64,000 nucleotides of DNA from Azolla caroliniana (taxonomy: Eukaryota; Plantae; Polypodiophyta), in the NCBI GenBank assembly GCA_043228905.1, contig JBHGNT010000013.1:8742001-8806000 (forward strand). The letters are read 5' to 3'. The position numbers were made by a program, and so were the translations under genes. The notes beneath the pieces are model-generated. The model had not been told where the DNA came from and ran no database searches. It saw only the letters and a program-made list of their open reading frames with translations. Of the stretch, positions 1-13,100 are shown piece by piece (position 1 is the first letter of the stretch; every line of letters starts with the position of its first letter).

Positions 1-548
1 TCTGTCCGTCGCCTTGTCGCCGTCTATTCGGCCCGGTCATTGTTCGTCTGTGTCTTTTTGGTTGTCTCTCACACCACACTTTTTGGCACATTCACTATGT
101 CGTTAACTGCACATTTGCACATTCTCGTTTTCATTCTCGCACACTCACTTAACGTCCTCATTCCATGACTTCCTCTCAACATTGTCATCGTTTTCGTACA
201 TCTTTGGCACCATTTCTTGGACATTTACACAAAAACAGACCAAACAAAACATACGCATATAGAGATTAATTCGCTATAGAATTATGCGGCAGTTAATCTT
301 CCATTTTGGACTTCTTTCGCACATTGTTGTCGCCTTTTGCACAGCATCATCAATTCCATTTTTTTCTTTTTTTCTTTTTCTTTTTTTGCACATCTTCATT
401 GCTTCTCCCACATCGTCGTTGCCATTTGGTGCATGTCATCATTATTTCTTGCTCGTCTCTCCAATAGCATCGTCACTATGCCTCGAATCGCCCGTATTAT
501 TGTTTGACTCCGTCTCCAAAGGGGGATCCCGTCGTGGTCGCCATAAGG

Positions 549-762
549 TGTTGTAGGTTTTAGGGTTAGGGTTAAGGACGATGATGATGATGAATGATAA
601 CTATGATGATTGGTAATGAAGATATACATGGTGATGGAGAGTATGATGGTGAGAGATCATATAGAAAAGCATTGCGGGGTGGGGGGTGGTGCCTAGAATG
701 GCTCCACCCCCCACCCAAGGGGGTTCAACGTGAGAGAGGGAGAGAGAGAGAGAGAAATATGT

Positions 763-809
<47 letters not shown>

Positions 810-1081
810 TGATTCATTCATATTTCATTCATTCCCCATAAGGGGTTAAATAGTACAAGAGGGGGTAGATACATAGGGGTGTAAGCCCCCTCGAGCATTC
901 ATACTGGACACTCACTCACACCTCCTCATATCCATCCACATGCACACACGTGTGCATGTGTTCACATACGTATCGACTCACAATTACATTTATGCCCCCT
1001 ACACACACACAACAATCATCATGATCACATTTGACCCTTGCTCATCACATTGACTCTCCGTACATCTCGTATGGGGTAACA
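549..1081 (-). mobile_element. 5' LTR of a Ty3/gypsy (Tat/Ogre-like) retrotransposon whose internal region runs off the left edge of the window; inserted into the Copia integrase region at 1082
   Basis: Ends are TGTTGT...GGGGTAACA. On the minus strand, TGGCGACCACGACGGGA (527-543) is a tRNA-Arg-like PBS 5 nt inside the LTR. It is homologous, in inverted orientation, to 4230-4553 (tgttaccc..., tatttaa(a)cccc, ggagcc..ccaccccccaccc). The Copia ORF breaks at GYSHE at this junction. Confidence 0.65.
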
Positions 1082-3018
1082 GCTCATGCGAGTAACCGAC
1101 CAAGATGAACTTCTCCGACTTTGCATCCAACTTCCTCCGCTTCTCATCCGGCACATGCAGACATGCAATGCTACCGAATATCCGAAGGTGTCTCAAATTC
1201 GGCTTGCGCCTGAAATACAGTTCATGCACGAACACCTTGTCACCGATCCGGTTTTGGATATAGACGGTCGTCCAGACCGCCTCAACCTAGTAGAATTTGG
1301 GCATGCTCTTCTCCTCCGGCATCGCCCTTGCCGCATCGATAATCGACCAGTTCTTCCTCTCGGCCACATCGTTTTGCTCCGATGTGTATCTGCAGCTGAA
1401 CTCTCTCCGAATTCCTTTTTGTTGCAGATAATTGTTGAATTGGCCGGAAAAATATTCTTTTCCACCATCCGACCGCAAGCACTTGATCTTCCTCTCCATT
1501 TCCCATTCAACCAGGCTTTGCAGGTTCTGGAAACACTCGAAGACTTCGCTCTTCCGCTCAATGAGGTAGATCCATGTGTGCCAGCTGTAGTCATCAATAA
1601 CATTTTGTGTCCATCCCCATACATCCGAATGAATAAGGTCGAGCTTGTTACGGCTACGATTTCGTTCGATGGGGAATGGAAGCTGGTGTTGCTTCCTGAG
1701 TTGGCAAGCTTCACATATTTGAACCTTCCAGCCACTGAACTTCGGCAAACCAAAAACAACTTGTTTCATTTGCAGGTCTTGAAGCCTCCAGTAATTGACA
1801 TGGCCGATCCGCTTGTGCCAGAGATCAATATCTGATTCAATCTTTTGTCCTTTGGCGAACAAAGCGATGCCGACGTCATTAGTGTCGAGGATGAACATCC
1901 TCCCATCTCTGTGCCCTTGCACAATAATCTGGCCCTCTTCCTCGATGAAGCACCCAAGGTGCGTAAACCGCACCTACATCCCCTGGTCAACGATCTGACC
2001 GACTGACACTAGGTTCTTCGTGATAGTCGGAACGTGTAATATGTTCATCAACTTCCCCCTCTATCCGACCTCGCTCAAAGGGACTTCTACGACATGCACG
2101 ATTGGGTGAGGAGTGTCGTCTCCGATTTCGACGACTCTTGGTTGTTCCAGTTTCTCCAAGAAAGAGAACCACTCTTTGTGGCTTGTCATGTGATTCGACG
2201 CACCGGAATCAACGTACCACACTTCCTCTGATTTGGAAGTAGTGTCCTTCATCGAGTTAGCCTTGTGTTTCATCACCAAGGTTGGCCCTTTACCGGTTTT
2301 TCCGGTTTTGGATCTTCCCAATCCTTCTACGTAGTGCAAGTATTGCCAGTTCTCTTTGCCGGCCTTGCCGGATCCGAATCTATCCGAATCGTTGTGCTTC
2401 TTCAAGCACTCACTTTCTCTGTGGCCCTTTTTACCACAGTACCAACATTCCGTGTCGGCCTTTGCTTGCCGGCCTCCGGTGCCGCCTTGACTCCCCCTGC
2501 TTGTGGAGGGTTCAGAACTGTTGTTGGCACGTTCTCTGTGCCTTCAGTCTTGCTCTTGCCGGCTGCTACCATTGCGAGCCGACCCGCCTCATCCACCACA
2601 CCCATGGGGCCAATCCGCCTCCGTGTACAGCATCCGGTTATCGGTGGGTGCACTTGTTGACGCACCGGCGTGGTTCTCCTCTACAAGGAGCATCGACTGT
2701 AAGTCGAAAAATGACGGCATATTCTCCCTTGTACATACCACCGTTCGGAACGCTCTGAACTTAGACGCTAGGCCCCCAAGACAGATCTGCACCATCTCAT
2801 CTTCCTCTACAGTGACATTGATAGAGGCAAGTGAGTCATAGATCTCTTTGATTCGGGTGGTTTAATCGGCTAGTAGTCTAGGCTACTACTAGGCTTCCGG
2901 TTACTACTTGATCCGGCTAACCGGCTCCCTAGCTCACTAGTTGGCTCATCCTTTCGGATGCCGATCTGGCTCAGGCTTATTCAGCCGATCCGGATCCGAT
3001 TGAGCTTGCCGCTCAACA
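1082..3018 (-). mobile_element. Degenerate Ty1/copia fragment: gag (UBN2), protease, GAG-pre-integrase and integrase, plus an LTR stub
   Basis: Frameshifted ORFs contain WYVDSGASNHMT (protease), LWHKRIGH...CEAC (Zn finger), IHSDVWG, LRSDGGKEY and EQNDVAERKN (integrase), and LRIFGS...KLDAKSEK. Positions ~2880-3018 match the end of the LTR at 53805-54212. Confidence 0.9.
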
Positions 3019-3665
3019 TGTCCACCACGTACCACAACCCCCTTGGTCCCATTTCGCTAAGAAATCGAAGGTGTTGCTTCCGAACTAGATTGTGGTGGCC
3101 AGCCTATCGAGACCATCAAATAGTGTCGGCAAACAGCAATGGACGAGACTATAGTACAAGATTGGGATTCAAAAGTTTTAGGTTTACTGAGATTAATAGA
3201 AAAGAAAAATTAGGGGTTTTGAGAGATATGGCTTCCGTAGGGAAAATTAGGGTTTGTGACTTCCGTAAGGAAATTTAGGGTTTATGGCTTCCATAGGGAA
3301 AATTAGGGTTTATGGCTTCCGTAAGGAAAATGTCGGGTTTATGAGAGTTATGGCTTCCCTAACATAAGGGAGCTGAGAAGGAAAAGAAAATTAATGGAGA
3401 GAGAGTATGAGTGTAAAAAAAAGATGGAATTTTATATGGAGTTCTCCCTTGATCATCTGCATGTCCACTTTTTGTTGCATGGCCTCTACTTTTAGTTGCA
3501 TCTATTTTTAGTTGCATGCGACCGTCCACATGACCTTTACTTTAGTTTTCTTCACTTCACTTTAATTAGCCACATGATCCTTTTATCTGTTCGGTTTGTG
3601 TCCAGCCTCGTCCGGTCATTGGTTCCGTTCGGTCACCGATTGCTGCCGCCTCGCCGGCTCCGCCA

Positions 3666-3930
3666 CCAATTCCGGTTTTGCTTACCGGCCAGTTTCCGAT
3701 TTTGCTTACCGGCCAATTTCGGTTTTGCTTACCGATCGGTTTCCGGTTTTGCTTACCGGTCGGTTTCGATTTGCTTACCGGCCGGTTTCGGGTTCCGGTT
3801 TGGCTTATCGGCCAATTCCGGTTTTGCTTACCGACCGGTTTCAATTTTGCTTACGAGCCGGTTTTTGATTCTAGTTTTGCTTACCAGTCGGGTTCCGGTT
3901 TGGCTTACTGGCCAGTTTCCGGTTTTTGGG
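3666..3930. repeat. Tandem minisatellite, ~21-bp unit (ccggttttgcttaccggccaattt-like), about 11 degenerate copies
   Basis: Directly visible repeated tttgcttaccg core. A second degenerate array (ggaaaattagggtttatggcttccgta) lies at ~3204-3360. Confidence 0.9.
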
Positions 3931-4229
3931 AACTTGGCCACCATCATCCATCAAGACAAAGTAGCCAAAGTTCTCTTAGCACAAATGAAAATGAGGCTCT
4001 CAAGGTGCGTATATACCCAGGGCCTTAAGTTTCCTATCTATGTGGGATAAATAATAGTTCTATTTTCCCTATCTTCTCAAACATCCATCTTCTATAACAT
4101 GCCATTAAGCTAATATAAAGTACTTATTTTATTATTTTTTATTATTTTTTACATAGTGTGAGAAGATTCACACGACACCAATCAACGAGTTTTTGGCATG
4201 GGCTTTGTGGGATCGACGGGTGTGCCATG

Positions 4230-4553
4230 TGTTACCCGTATAGGTGTACGGGAAGGTTAGGTGTAATGTGGAAGGTGGTGTGTAAGGTGTAATATGAAAT
4301 GTGAATGTGTGAGTGTTAGGTGGTGTAAGTAGGTGTAACTACACCCATTCGGCTTTTTGTAATGATCACATCTTATGGTATTTAAACCCCACACGTGGGC
4401 CATGAAAGAAAAAGAGAAATATATTGACGTTACCCTCAACTCATGTCTGTCTCCCTCTCTCTCATTCATTCTTTGTGTATCCATCTCTCTCTCCCCTCAC
4501 ATTCGAATCCCCTTGGGAGGGGGGTGGAGCCGATCCACCCCCCACCCAATAAA
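4230..4553 (+). mobile_element. Truncated Gypsy LTR related to 549-1081
   Basis: Starts TGTTACCC, has a TATA-like tatttaaacccc at ~4379, and is homologous to the reverse complement of 670-1081. Confidence 0.6.
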
Positions 4554-4559
4554 CATGAT

Positions 4560-6017
4560 GTGCCCGGGTTTCTTGTAGTAGTTGCAAATTCGATTGTCCC
4601 GAGACTTGCTCCAACTTCGCTAGTAGTTCGACTGTCGGGAATAACTTCTTCCTCACTTGTTCGGTCAGTCGACTGAAACTTGTACTACATAAGCTTCATT
4701 TGTCGTGTCTTTTGCGAACGATTTCCTCCAAGATTCCTCAATCAGTATTGCGCTCGTAACTTCGGAGTACTTCATAGCAGTAGTAGAAGCATTGCACATG
4801 GTTGTGACAAAAGTTTCCCATGAAGGGGGGAGACTACTCATGAACAACGTTGCTCTCAGTTCATCTTCGATTGTAGTCCCTTGAGCGAAAATATGGGAGC
4901 TTAAACTTTTGTACTTGTTCAGGTGTGCCTGGACCGAGTCAGATTCTTTCATGGGCAGGTTGTAGAGGCGTCAAATCAAATATATCTTTGTGGTGGTGAT
5001 CTTCTTCTCATAAGTGTCTGACAATTTCTTCCATAGTTGAAAGGCGGTCGAACAGGATTGCACTGTGAAGTACACTGACTCCAACAGATGCATCAGAATG
5101 GTGGCTCGGACAATTCTATCGAGTTTCGTCCACTCATTCGATTTGATTCCTTCTGGAGGGTGTTTGTTATCGATTGGATATATCCGACCTTTAACTATCA
5201 AATAGTCTTGCATCTGCTCTATCCAGTAGTTGAAGTTCGATCCGTCGAACTTCCTTAGACTCATCTTTGATGAGCCGGTGTTGATGCCATATGTGTCGAC
5301 TTGTTAGAGTCTGTTTGTAGTTTACTACAAACGGTGGTGGGATGCAGTCAACTGGTTCACCCGATATCGTTCTAGTCGGATTCGAATACAAGTCGAATTG
5401 GCTTGCTGAATTGGACAATCGAATCTGTCGATTTGATTCTGATGCCGATTTCGAGATGTCGATCACAGATTTTGTGCCGATTATCCAGGTCGATCTTGCT
5501 TCAGGTGACTGCAATGATGAGAGGGACGGAACCGACTGGTCCTCCCGAGTGTCGTTCGGCCGAGTGAAGCATGTATTGGGGTTGTTCCTTGGGACAAGAT
5601 CTGCTTTGAGTGATTATGACAAGCAAATAGATTGTGTCTAACCTGGTAAAGCACGATCTCGAAGGCTGATTTGATGGAGATTCCATTCCTAGTGGCTCCA
5701 ATCACATAGGAAAGGTACAACCGATTGGCTTGTAGGATATGGCGTCCAATATGTATGTGGAAGTACGTGAGGACCTGTCGGTTACGTGCACAACAAACAA
5801 CACAGAGAGTATGATAGAAGAAAGAATGGAAAGGTAGACACGCTTCAAGCTCTAATGGAAGCTCTCATTATTTTGTAACTCTTACACTCTTAGAGACTCA
5901 AGATACAAGACAGAGTACATTACAATGTTAGGTTGGAGGTTATATACTAAGCTCTAACTATTTGGATGTGTTCACACTAAGATACAAAGTGGAAGGAGTC
6001 AACCTTTTATGTCAACA
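4560..6017 (-). mobile_element. Ty1/copia gag fragment with leader and a probable LTR remnant (~5776-6017)
   Basis: ORFs LRKFDGSNFNYWIEQMQDYL...LWKKLSDTYE and MKESDSVQAHLN...SSLPPSWETFV resemble UBN2-type gag. The LTR is suggested only by TG...CA ends and a TATA-like segment. Confidence 0.75.
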
Positions 6018-6202
6018 TGGCTTACCTTAAAGAGTGATCTAGCGAAACAGAGCACAAATCTTCAGTTTTCTTTCTCTTCAGTGCAACATTCATTGGTAAA
6101 GTTCTTGAATATCGAGACTTGCTACTCACATTCACACGTATCACGTGAAATGTAATATTTTTGGTCTCATAGGTCATATTTGACCTTCGAAGACGATAAT
6201 AG

Positions 6203-6246
<44 letters not shown>

Positions 6247-6743
6247 ACACACAACCCTCCCGTTGCACAGAATCACTCCCGATTCTTTATAAGAACATTA
6301 TCAACTGAATCGGGTTTGCATTCAAGTCGCCTAATTTCGTGATTGGTCGCCACAAATTGATGCTTTGCCACTTGGTTTAACGACTACATTAACTGAGGAG
6401 CCAATGAGTTACATATTAGCATGAGAAAAGAATCGATAGTGTGTATCGAAAGTAAGTTTGTCATGAACGCAGAGGATACTTGTAGAGGTAGAAGATGATA
6501 GTGACAAAACACTATGAAAAAGTTATCTCTTATTTGTTTAATGAGGAGAATGAGCTATTCTTCTACTATATTAGATGGACGAGTGAGTGAGAGGAGGTAG
6601 GAAGGAGATGATGGGTTTTGTTATAGCCAAACCAAGACAAGCCATGTGTAGTAAATAAAGTAAGTATGTATGTATGTAGTACATACTGATACAACATAGT
6701 AGAAGTAGAGTGTTTGTTGCGTGTGTTGAGGGAGGGAAGAGAG

Positions 6744-6802
<59 letters not shown>

Positions 6803-7041
6803 ACAGAGACAGAGAGAGAGGCATTCTTTTTTAAAGGCCGGGAGGAACAGTGCGCTGCTCTTTCTTCTTCTTCGTCCAAAACAAAAGAAATGGCAATGGC
6901 AATGGCTATGGCTATGGCTGTGGCTATGGCGGACCATCGAAAAGAAGATCCCTGCGGCGTTTATGCGCAGGATCAGTAGGCGAAGAAGTGCGCTTCTTCC
7001 ACCATCAGGATCCATTCATTATTGTGAGAAGAAGATCATCC

Positions 7042-7074
<33 letters not shown>

Positions 7075-7118
7075 AGGACCAGGACCTCGACCTCCGTTTC
7101 TTCCTTCTATCTTTCCGC

Positions 7119-10100
7119 ATGGCAGACGATGATCAGGAGGAGCTGCAGAGGGCCCTTCTGATGAGCATGCAACAGCCCACCCCGGAGGCGAAGCGGAGCA
7201 AGCCCCCGCGTGAGGCGGCGGGAGCTGATGCAGATGGCCAACCTTCTGCGTTGGCGTCGGCGTCGGCGTCGGAGGAAGGATTAGATGCAGAGGCTCGGAT
7301 GAGGAGGAAACAGCGTGAATTGCGGGCTGCCGCCGCGGAGCAGAGAATGCTGGCCCTACAGAAAGCATCGCCCACGCCTGCCATCCTTGTGTCTGCTGCT
7401 GCTGCTGCAGTGATGACGGATAGGTCACCTCCTAAGATGCATGAAATAGAGGGAAATCCTTTGCCCCTTGATGAAGCGCATCGTCTTTTTTCAATCGTCT
7501 TTGATTCTCATGTATCCACAGATGTCATCACACAATGGTGCCACCAGGGTTTCAGGTGTTTGCACACAACCCCTTCCCCCCTTTCCTGTTTTGCTTCTCT
7601 TTCGTCTCTCTCTCTCTGATCACCCCATGTCTGTGGCCATAGGTTCAGTGCTGACCAGGAGACATCATTGGGGCTCGTGCAAAGAGAAGGAGGACCTTGT
7701 GGTGTTCTCGCTCCTGTACAGGTATCCATTACTCTATCCATTACTCTCCTGCCATAAAGTTCTACAACAGACATTGACATGAATGTTACCTTGTCGAAAT
7801 TGTAGGCAGTGATGCTCAAGTATCTTCTCTTTGAACATAATGGAATGCATGATAGCTCAACTAACAGAGGAGACACCAGGCATTCGGATACACCCCCACT
7901 TGCATTCTCACAGGCTCAAAGGACTAGGTATGGATTTAATCCTAGTGAGATTGGGTTTCACATGAATATGGTGCTTTCAGTTGAAAAGTGAGGCAGCTTT
8001 AACTATGGCTGGCTTCTATAACTCTCATTAAGGCCATGGTTTTCATGTTTTCTAAGGTCTGTGTTTTATATATATGTTTTGCTTTTTTTTCTATGCTGAA
8101 GTGGCTTGGCATTTCACATTTTAGAATGGTTGATTTGCAGCCAAATCTCTGTTTCTGGTTCTTCGATGAGTAGACACAAGTGGACAGGGGTGCCTTCAGA
8201 AATGTTGGCTTACATTCAGACCATCTGTACTTGTGCTTCTGACCATTAGAAATCCTAGTCGGCCTTTAGAATCCTAGGCACTAAGTTGTTTCTCCCAAGT
8301 TTGGGAAACACAGCCTTTAACGAGAAAATAAGTCCATATTTTCGTTTTGATATATTATTTTCTCAACATGCTAACATTGGTATGTTTGGTGCGAACATGG
8401 AAGATTGTGTCTCCGCACTAACATGGTACCATTTGTCATCACATCCTAGAAGAGTAGCATTCAGTTGACAAGACCAGAAATCAACCACTACTCAAGAACT
8501 AATAAGAAGCTAATGAAATCAAATTGCGTCATAAGAAGCATAATATGGTGCATAGTTTCTATAGATGGTCAGCCTGTGTGGAGCTTCTTGTCCAATCAGA
8601 ATTCTGCCATCCTTAGAGACTGACATTGTTGGGGAGGTTTTGCAAGGCATATATTTGTAACATGCAGGCATTTGACGAGACTTAGAACAGGAGTCCTGCA
8701 AAGTAATCTAGTGATTTTATGATAATTCCTCGCTTGACTTGTGGCGATGCATATAATGGCAAGTCTTGGTAAGCTGCAAAGTAAACTAGTGATTTTATGA
8801 TAATTCCTCGCTTCACTTGTGAAGATGCATGTTACTTCGAAGATTCACATGGGCCTTTCATACTGCACTAAAGGTCACTGTGGGCCTTTCACATTGATAA
8901 TAAGTATGCCAATGTTGGAGATGCATTACAGCATATATTTTAGTAGAATAGAAGGATCTTTCCATGTTCAGTGACGTAGATATCAAGATAAGAGTATTAA
9001 AGACACAAATGGAAGCTGTTGATTTTATGATAATTCCCTTGAATGACTCATGGAGACATGTAGAGAATAGAAAAATTCACACTGGCCTTTCATATGGTAC
9101 TCATGGTCACTGTGGGTCTTTGATAGTGTTTAATCCCCATCCCCAGCCATGTGAGCTGGTGCCAACCTCGAGAACCTCTGCCTTGGCAGCTCTTAAATCT
9201 ATGGAATACAAGCCACTCAGAATTTTGTGTTAGTCACTATTGGGAAAATTCTGTCTTAGACCAGGGTATCTTGTGGGCCACCAATGCTTTGTTCTACTAA
9301 ATCATGCATTGAATAATCGTGTCCACAGGCTGGTCCAAAATTCTGTAGTTATCTGTCATGTGAAGGTGGGTTCCTTAAATTCCATCCTGTTGTGAAGAGT
9401 TTGTGTTATAAGTGTGTCCAACAACCTATGGTGGATCCTAGAGATGATTATTATGCTGGAAGATAGCTATCTCCCATGAAAGCTTTGGGTTGATGTGGTT
9501 ACTACTGTGGTGCATGTTATCAAAGAGATGGAAGATTGATTCTAATCCATAAACTTCACATTTGTCGCAAACAACCATGTTTCCAGTGGATATTTATATA
9601 GTCACAAAATATATGCTCGTGTTTTGTGGAGGTCTGGTGTTTTGAGAGGCTATTGCACTGGAGGGACGCATCCTCATCTTGTTCACGTGATGGATCGTAG
9701 AGCACTCTGAGATTTCAAAGAGATATAGGTTGTATTATCCCAGTAAAGATGCACTTATGTTCTGCACTGATGTTTCCAGATGCTGATGTGCCATTGTCTT
9801 TCTCCATGGGATGAATCTTCCAATACTTATCTAAGAGAGCTGAACAAATCAATTTCCAACACAGGACTTTGAAGCTGTGGCAGTTTCAAAGGGTTTGTTC
9901 AACATATTTTAGGATAAGCTATCATAGATGATCATATTTCAGAGTATAGTAGGATCAAGAATGAACCTTGTTCTCTTTCTCCACTATGGGTCATCAGACA
10001 GTTGAGGAATATTGTGATATTGAGCATCTTTGTTCAGAGTTGAAGGCAGAAGATGATCCTGGGAAATCGCATTTATTGGAGCAAAGTGAGCAGTTGGTGG

Positions 10101-13100
10101 GGTACGTGCATGTGAATTTTCAACTGTGTTGATGACATACATCATGGGACGGAGAGCCTACAGATATAGGTAAGGCTAGAAGGCCATGGAACAAGAGATC
10201 AATGCCATCTAGTGGAATGACAGTTGAGAACTAGTTCTCTGACCAGGTACTGAATTATTATTGGGGTGTGATAGATGTTTTGATAAGCATAAGGTTAGAC
10301 TTGCATCATATATAGCCAAGGGTTATGCTCAATGTCCCAAGGTGGATTGCTTGCTAACATGACACAAATGAAAATAATCAAGGAATTATTTTTTGAATTA
10401 TCAACAAAAGGCAGGCTATTATATCAGATGGATGTAAAATGTGCTTTCCTAAGTGACATAAAAAATGTCGTTTATGGTGAGCATCCCCCTGGGATCCTGG
10501 ATCATAAGTACAAACATAATGGTATATATACGACAGACTCAAGATGGTAGCTGTGGTCTTAAACAAGCCCAGTGATAAATTTCAGTGATAAATTGTGGAT
10601 GACCTCATTGCTACAGGGGCTATGTTGATCTCTTTAGAATTGAGAGATATTTGAGATTTGTGATGATTGACATTCTCTTCTCTCTTGGCCTGCACATTTA
10701 TTAGAGACCAAACTTTACGTTCATTTCCAATGGAGCTAAGTGCATAAATTGCTGACAGTCTTTGTGCCCTCCTATCTCAACTTCAATGGATCCATACCGG
10801 GTGCTATCAATTCATGATTTTGTGGATACTTCTTTGTTCCAGAACAAGCTGCACAGTTCTTTAATTGAACTGTTTTACACTCTACTTAACTCTCTTGGCA
10901 ACCTTAGGTTTCCGTAACAAGAAAGATCAGTTGCAATAAGTAGAGTTTCTTTGCCAATGCCAGTGAAACGCATTGAAATAGAGGATCTAAGTTCTTGGAT
11001 GAAACCATTGTACTAGTGTACAGGAAAGTGATCCCCGTAATACTTACTATTTGAAATTGGTCCTAAAATAAACCTACCTAAGTATGAGTACACATGTGAT
11101 AATGTAATGGAAAGGTTTGGATACACCAATGATGAAAATACACCAATAATGAAAATACCTAATAAAAGTTCTAATATTATGGTTGCCTTAAATAGGCCAG
11201 ACAAACTAATATCTAGCCTATTGTAACCTGCACATCTACTTCACAATCTCTAACTAGGGATTGAGAGCTGGGCTTGAAATTTCGCTACCCTACTTGGTCT
11301 GGATTCCTTCAGTAATGATATCAATCATCCAATTCAACACTCTTCCACAATGTGGATCCTTTTCATGAAATATAATGTAAACCCCTGAACTATCATAATA
11401 AGCCACTAAGTGAACTGTGGGAGATAGGCTCAAATGAGCTGATAAATGAGAAGAAAACGACTAGGAGAGCCAAGGGGCCTTTATATAGATGCAACTTAAA
11501 TTGTCTGGCAGACTGTAGGCTCCATAAATAGGGGAGTTAGTAGGGTGTACGATCCCAACTAATTCCCTGAGAATTGAGTTAGGTCCCACCTCACTCTGTA
11601 ATCAATAACTATGCTAAGAAATAACAGCAGTAAATACTGAACTGTCTGGCTGCTGTAGCACCCTAACTGCTGCTGAACTGTAGTGGCATTTATACACCCT
11701 CCTGTACACTGGGGATGGATCCAATAGATGACGGATGTAACTGAGTGACCAGATTTTTCGACTGCACACCTCTGATGAAGGTGTGTGCAATGTGTCTTCA
11801 GATGGACAATACTTGATCTACAAATCTCCAGCAAGGGCTTGTTCACATGCTCTATGGTGTTGCACCTCAATATGTTTGGTGCAGGCATGAACAACATGAC
11901 TGCGATTGATGGTGAGGCAACACTAGCTATGTTTCAAAGCCAAGATGGAGCAGCTTCACAATGATTTGAAAGAGACATTTGAAATGGTAGATTTAGGTCT
12001 TCTCCACTACTTCTTGGGCTTGGAAGGAAGTCTATTGATCACATGGAGGCATATTTCTCAGCCAGCATAGGTATTGTCAACAACTTCTTGAAACCGATGG
12101 TATGGCTAACTTCATTCAAAAGGGGCAAGTTATTTGGTTACTCAGATGCTGATTTGGTAGGAGATTCTGACACAAGACAGTCTACATCTGGTTATTTCTT
12201 TCTACTTGGCTTAGGTTTGACTTCTTGGAAATCTTTGAAACAAAATCCAGTCTCCATTTTTTCAATAGAAGCTGAATATCGGGCAAATTGGATGCATGTT
12301 GTGAGCTCTTATGGCTAATACAAATTCTTGATTCTAACCAGTCCTATTCAAGTTCCCCGTGATAGCCAAATTTTTGCTGCCGCTAGCCTCTTTGGCACCA
12401 CCCTGCTACTGTTCATATACAGTTTCTCACAAAGTAGTGGTAAGGGGACATGGTATTGGTGTGATGGAGCAAGGCTATGATTTTCATTGAGTGCATTTAG
12501 TTTTCCTTGGGTTGATTGGACATGGTAAGCAATGATCTCCTTGATCTGGTGCGGTTATGGCCCATGTGCCTTGTATCCCAGTACTCGTGGTTTGTGTTGT
12601 CATTGATGCTCCTCTACTTGCCCTATGGTGGCTCCTCCCAATGTCAATAGAGGTACGTGCATATGGAAGAAGTCAATGATGTGCCATTGTCGTTGCATCC
12701 TGTCTGGTAATATAATGGCTCATTCTCTATGTTTTTTGAGGTAACTTAGGTCATACATTCTCTTTTGTTTTCAAAATGTAAGCCAACCCATGTTTCTTTT
12801 CTCAACGTGTCAGCATGGAGCATCAATGCTATGCCATGTCTTGCTCTCTTGGCATGTGTGTATGAATGTAACCTTGGGCATCAACAAATGGGTCTCCATG
12901 AAACTCAAATGTAAATCTATGGTGGGCTGTTTTCCATTTCATGGTGAAGGCTTCCAATGTGGCTGAGTAAAGCATGGACGCATGTTCTCACTTCCCTTCC
13001 AATTGTGCCATCGGTGTGTGGAATCAGAAATACACTATGTTTGCCATTGTGCTATTTTTTATGAAATAAGAAGTATACCTCTACCTATTCAAAAAGTCTT

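Noticed and set aside
555-577. TTAGGG-like telomeric motifs
   Set aside because: Only two or three units inside an LTR (telo-box-like), not a telomeric array.
3496-4050. Overlapping ORFs with FAYRP/LLTGQF repeats
   Set aside because: They are translations of the stop-poor 21-bp tandem array.
6714-7118. N-terminal extension of the 301-aa ORF
   Set aside because: It is a read-through of CT/CA/TGGCAA/GAGGGT microsatellites in the 5' UTR. The conserved protein starts at ATG 7119.
11390-11897. Possible solo LTR in intron 3 (also ~13510-13760 and ~55460-55745)
   Set aside because: LTR-like composition, but no partner LTR, TSD or PBS could be verified.
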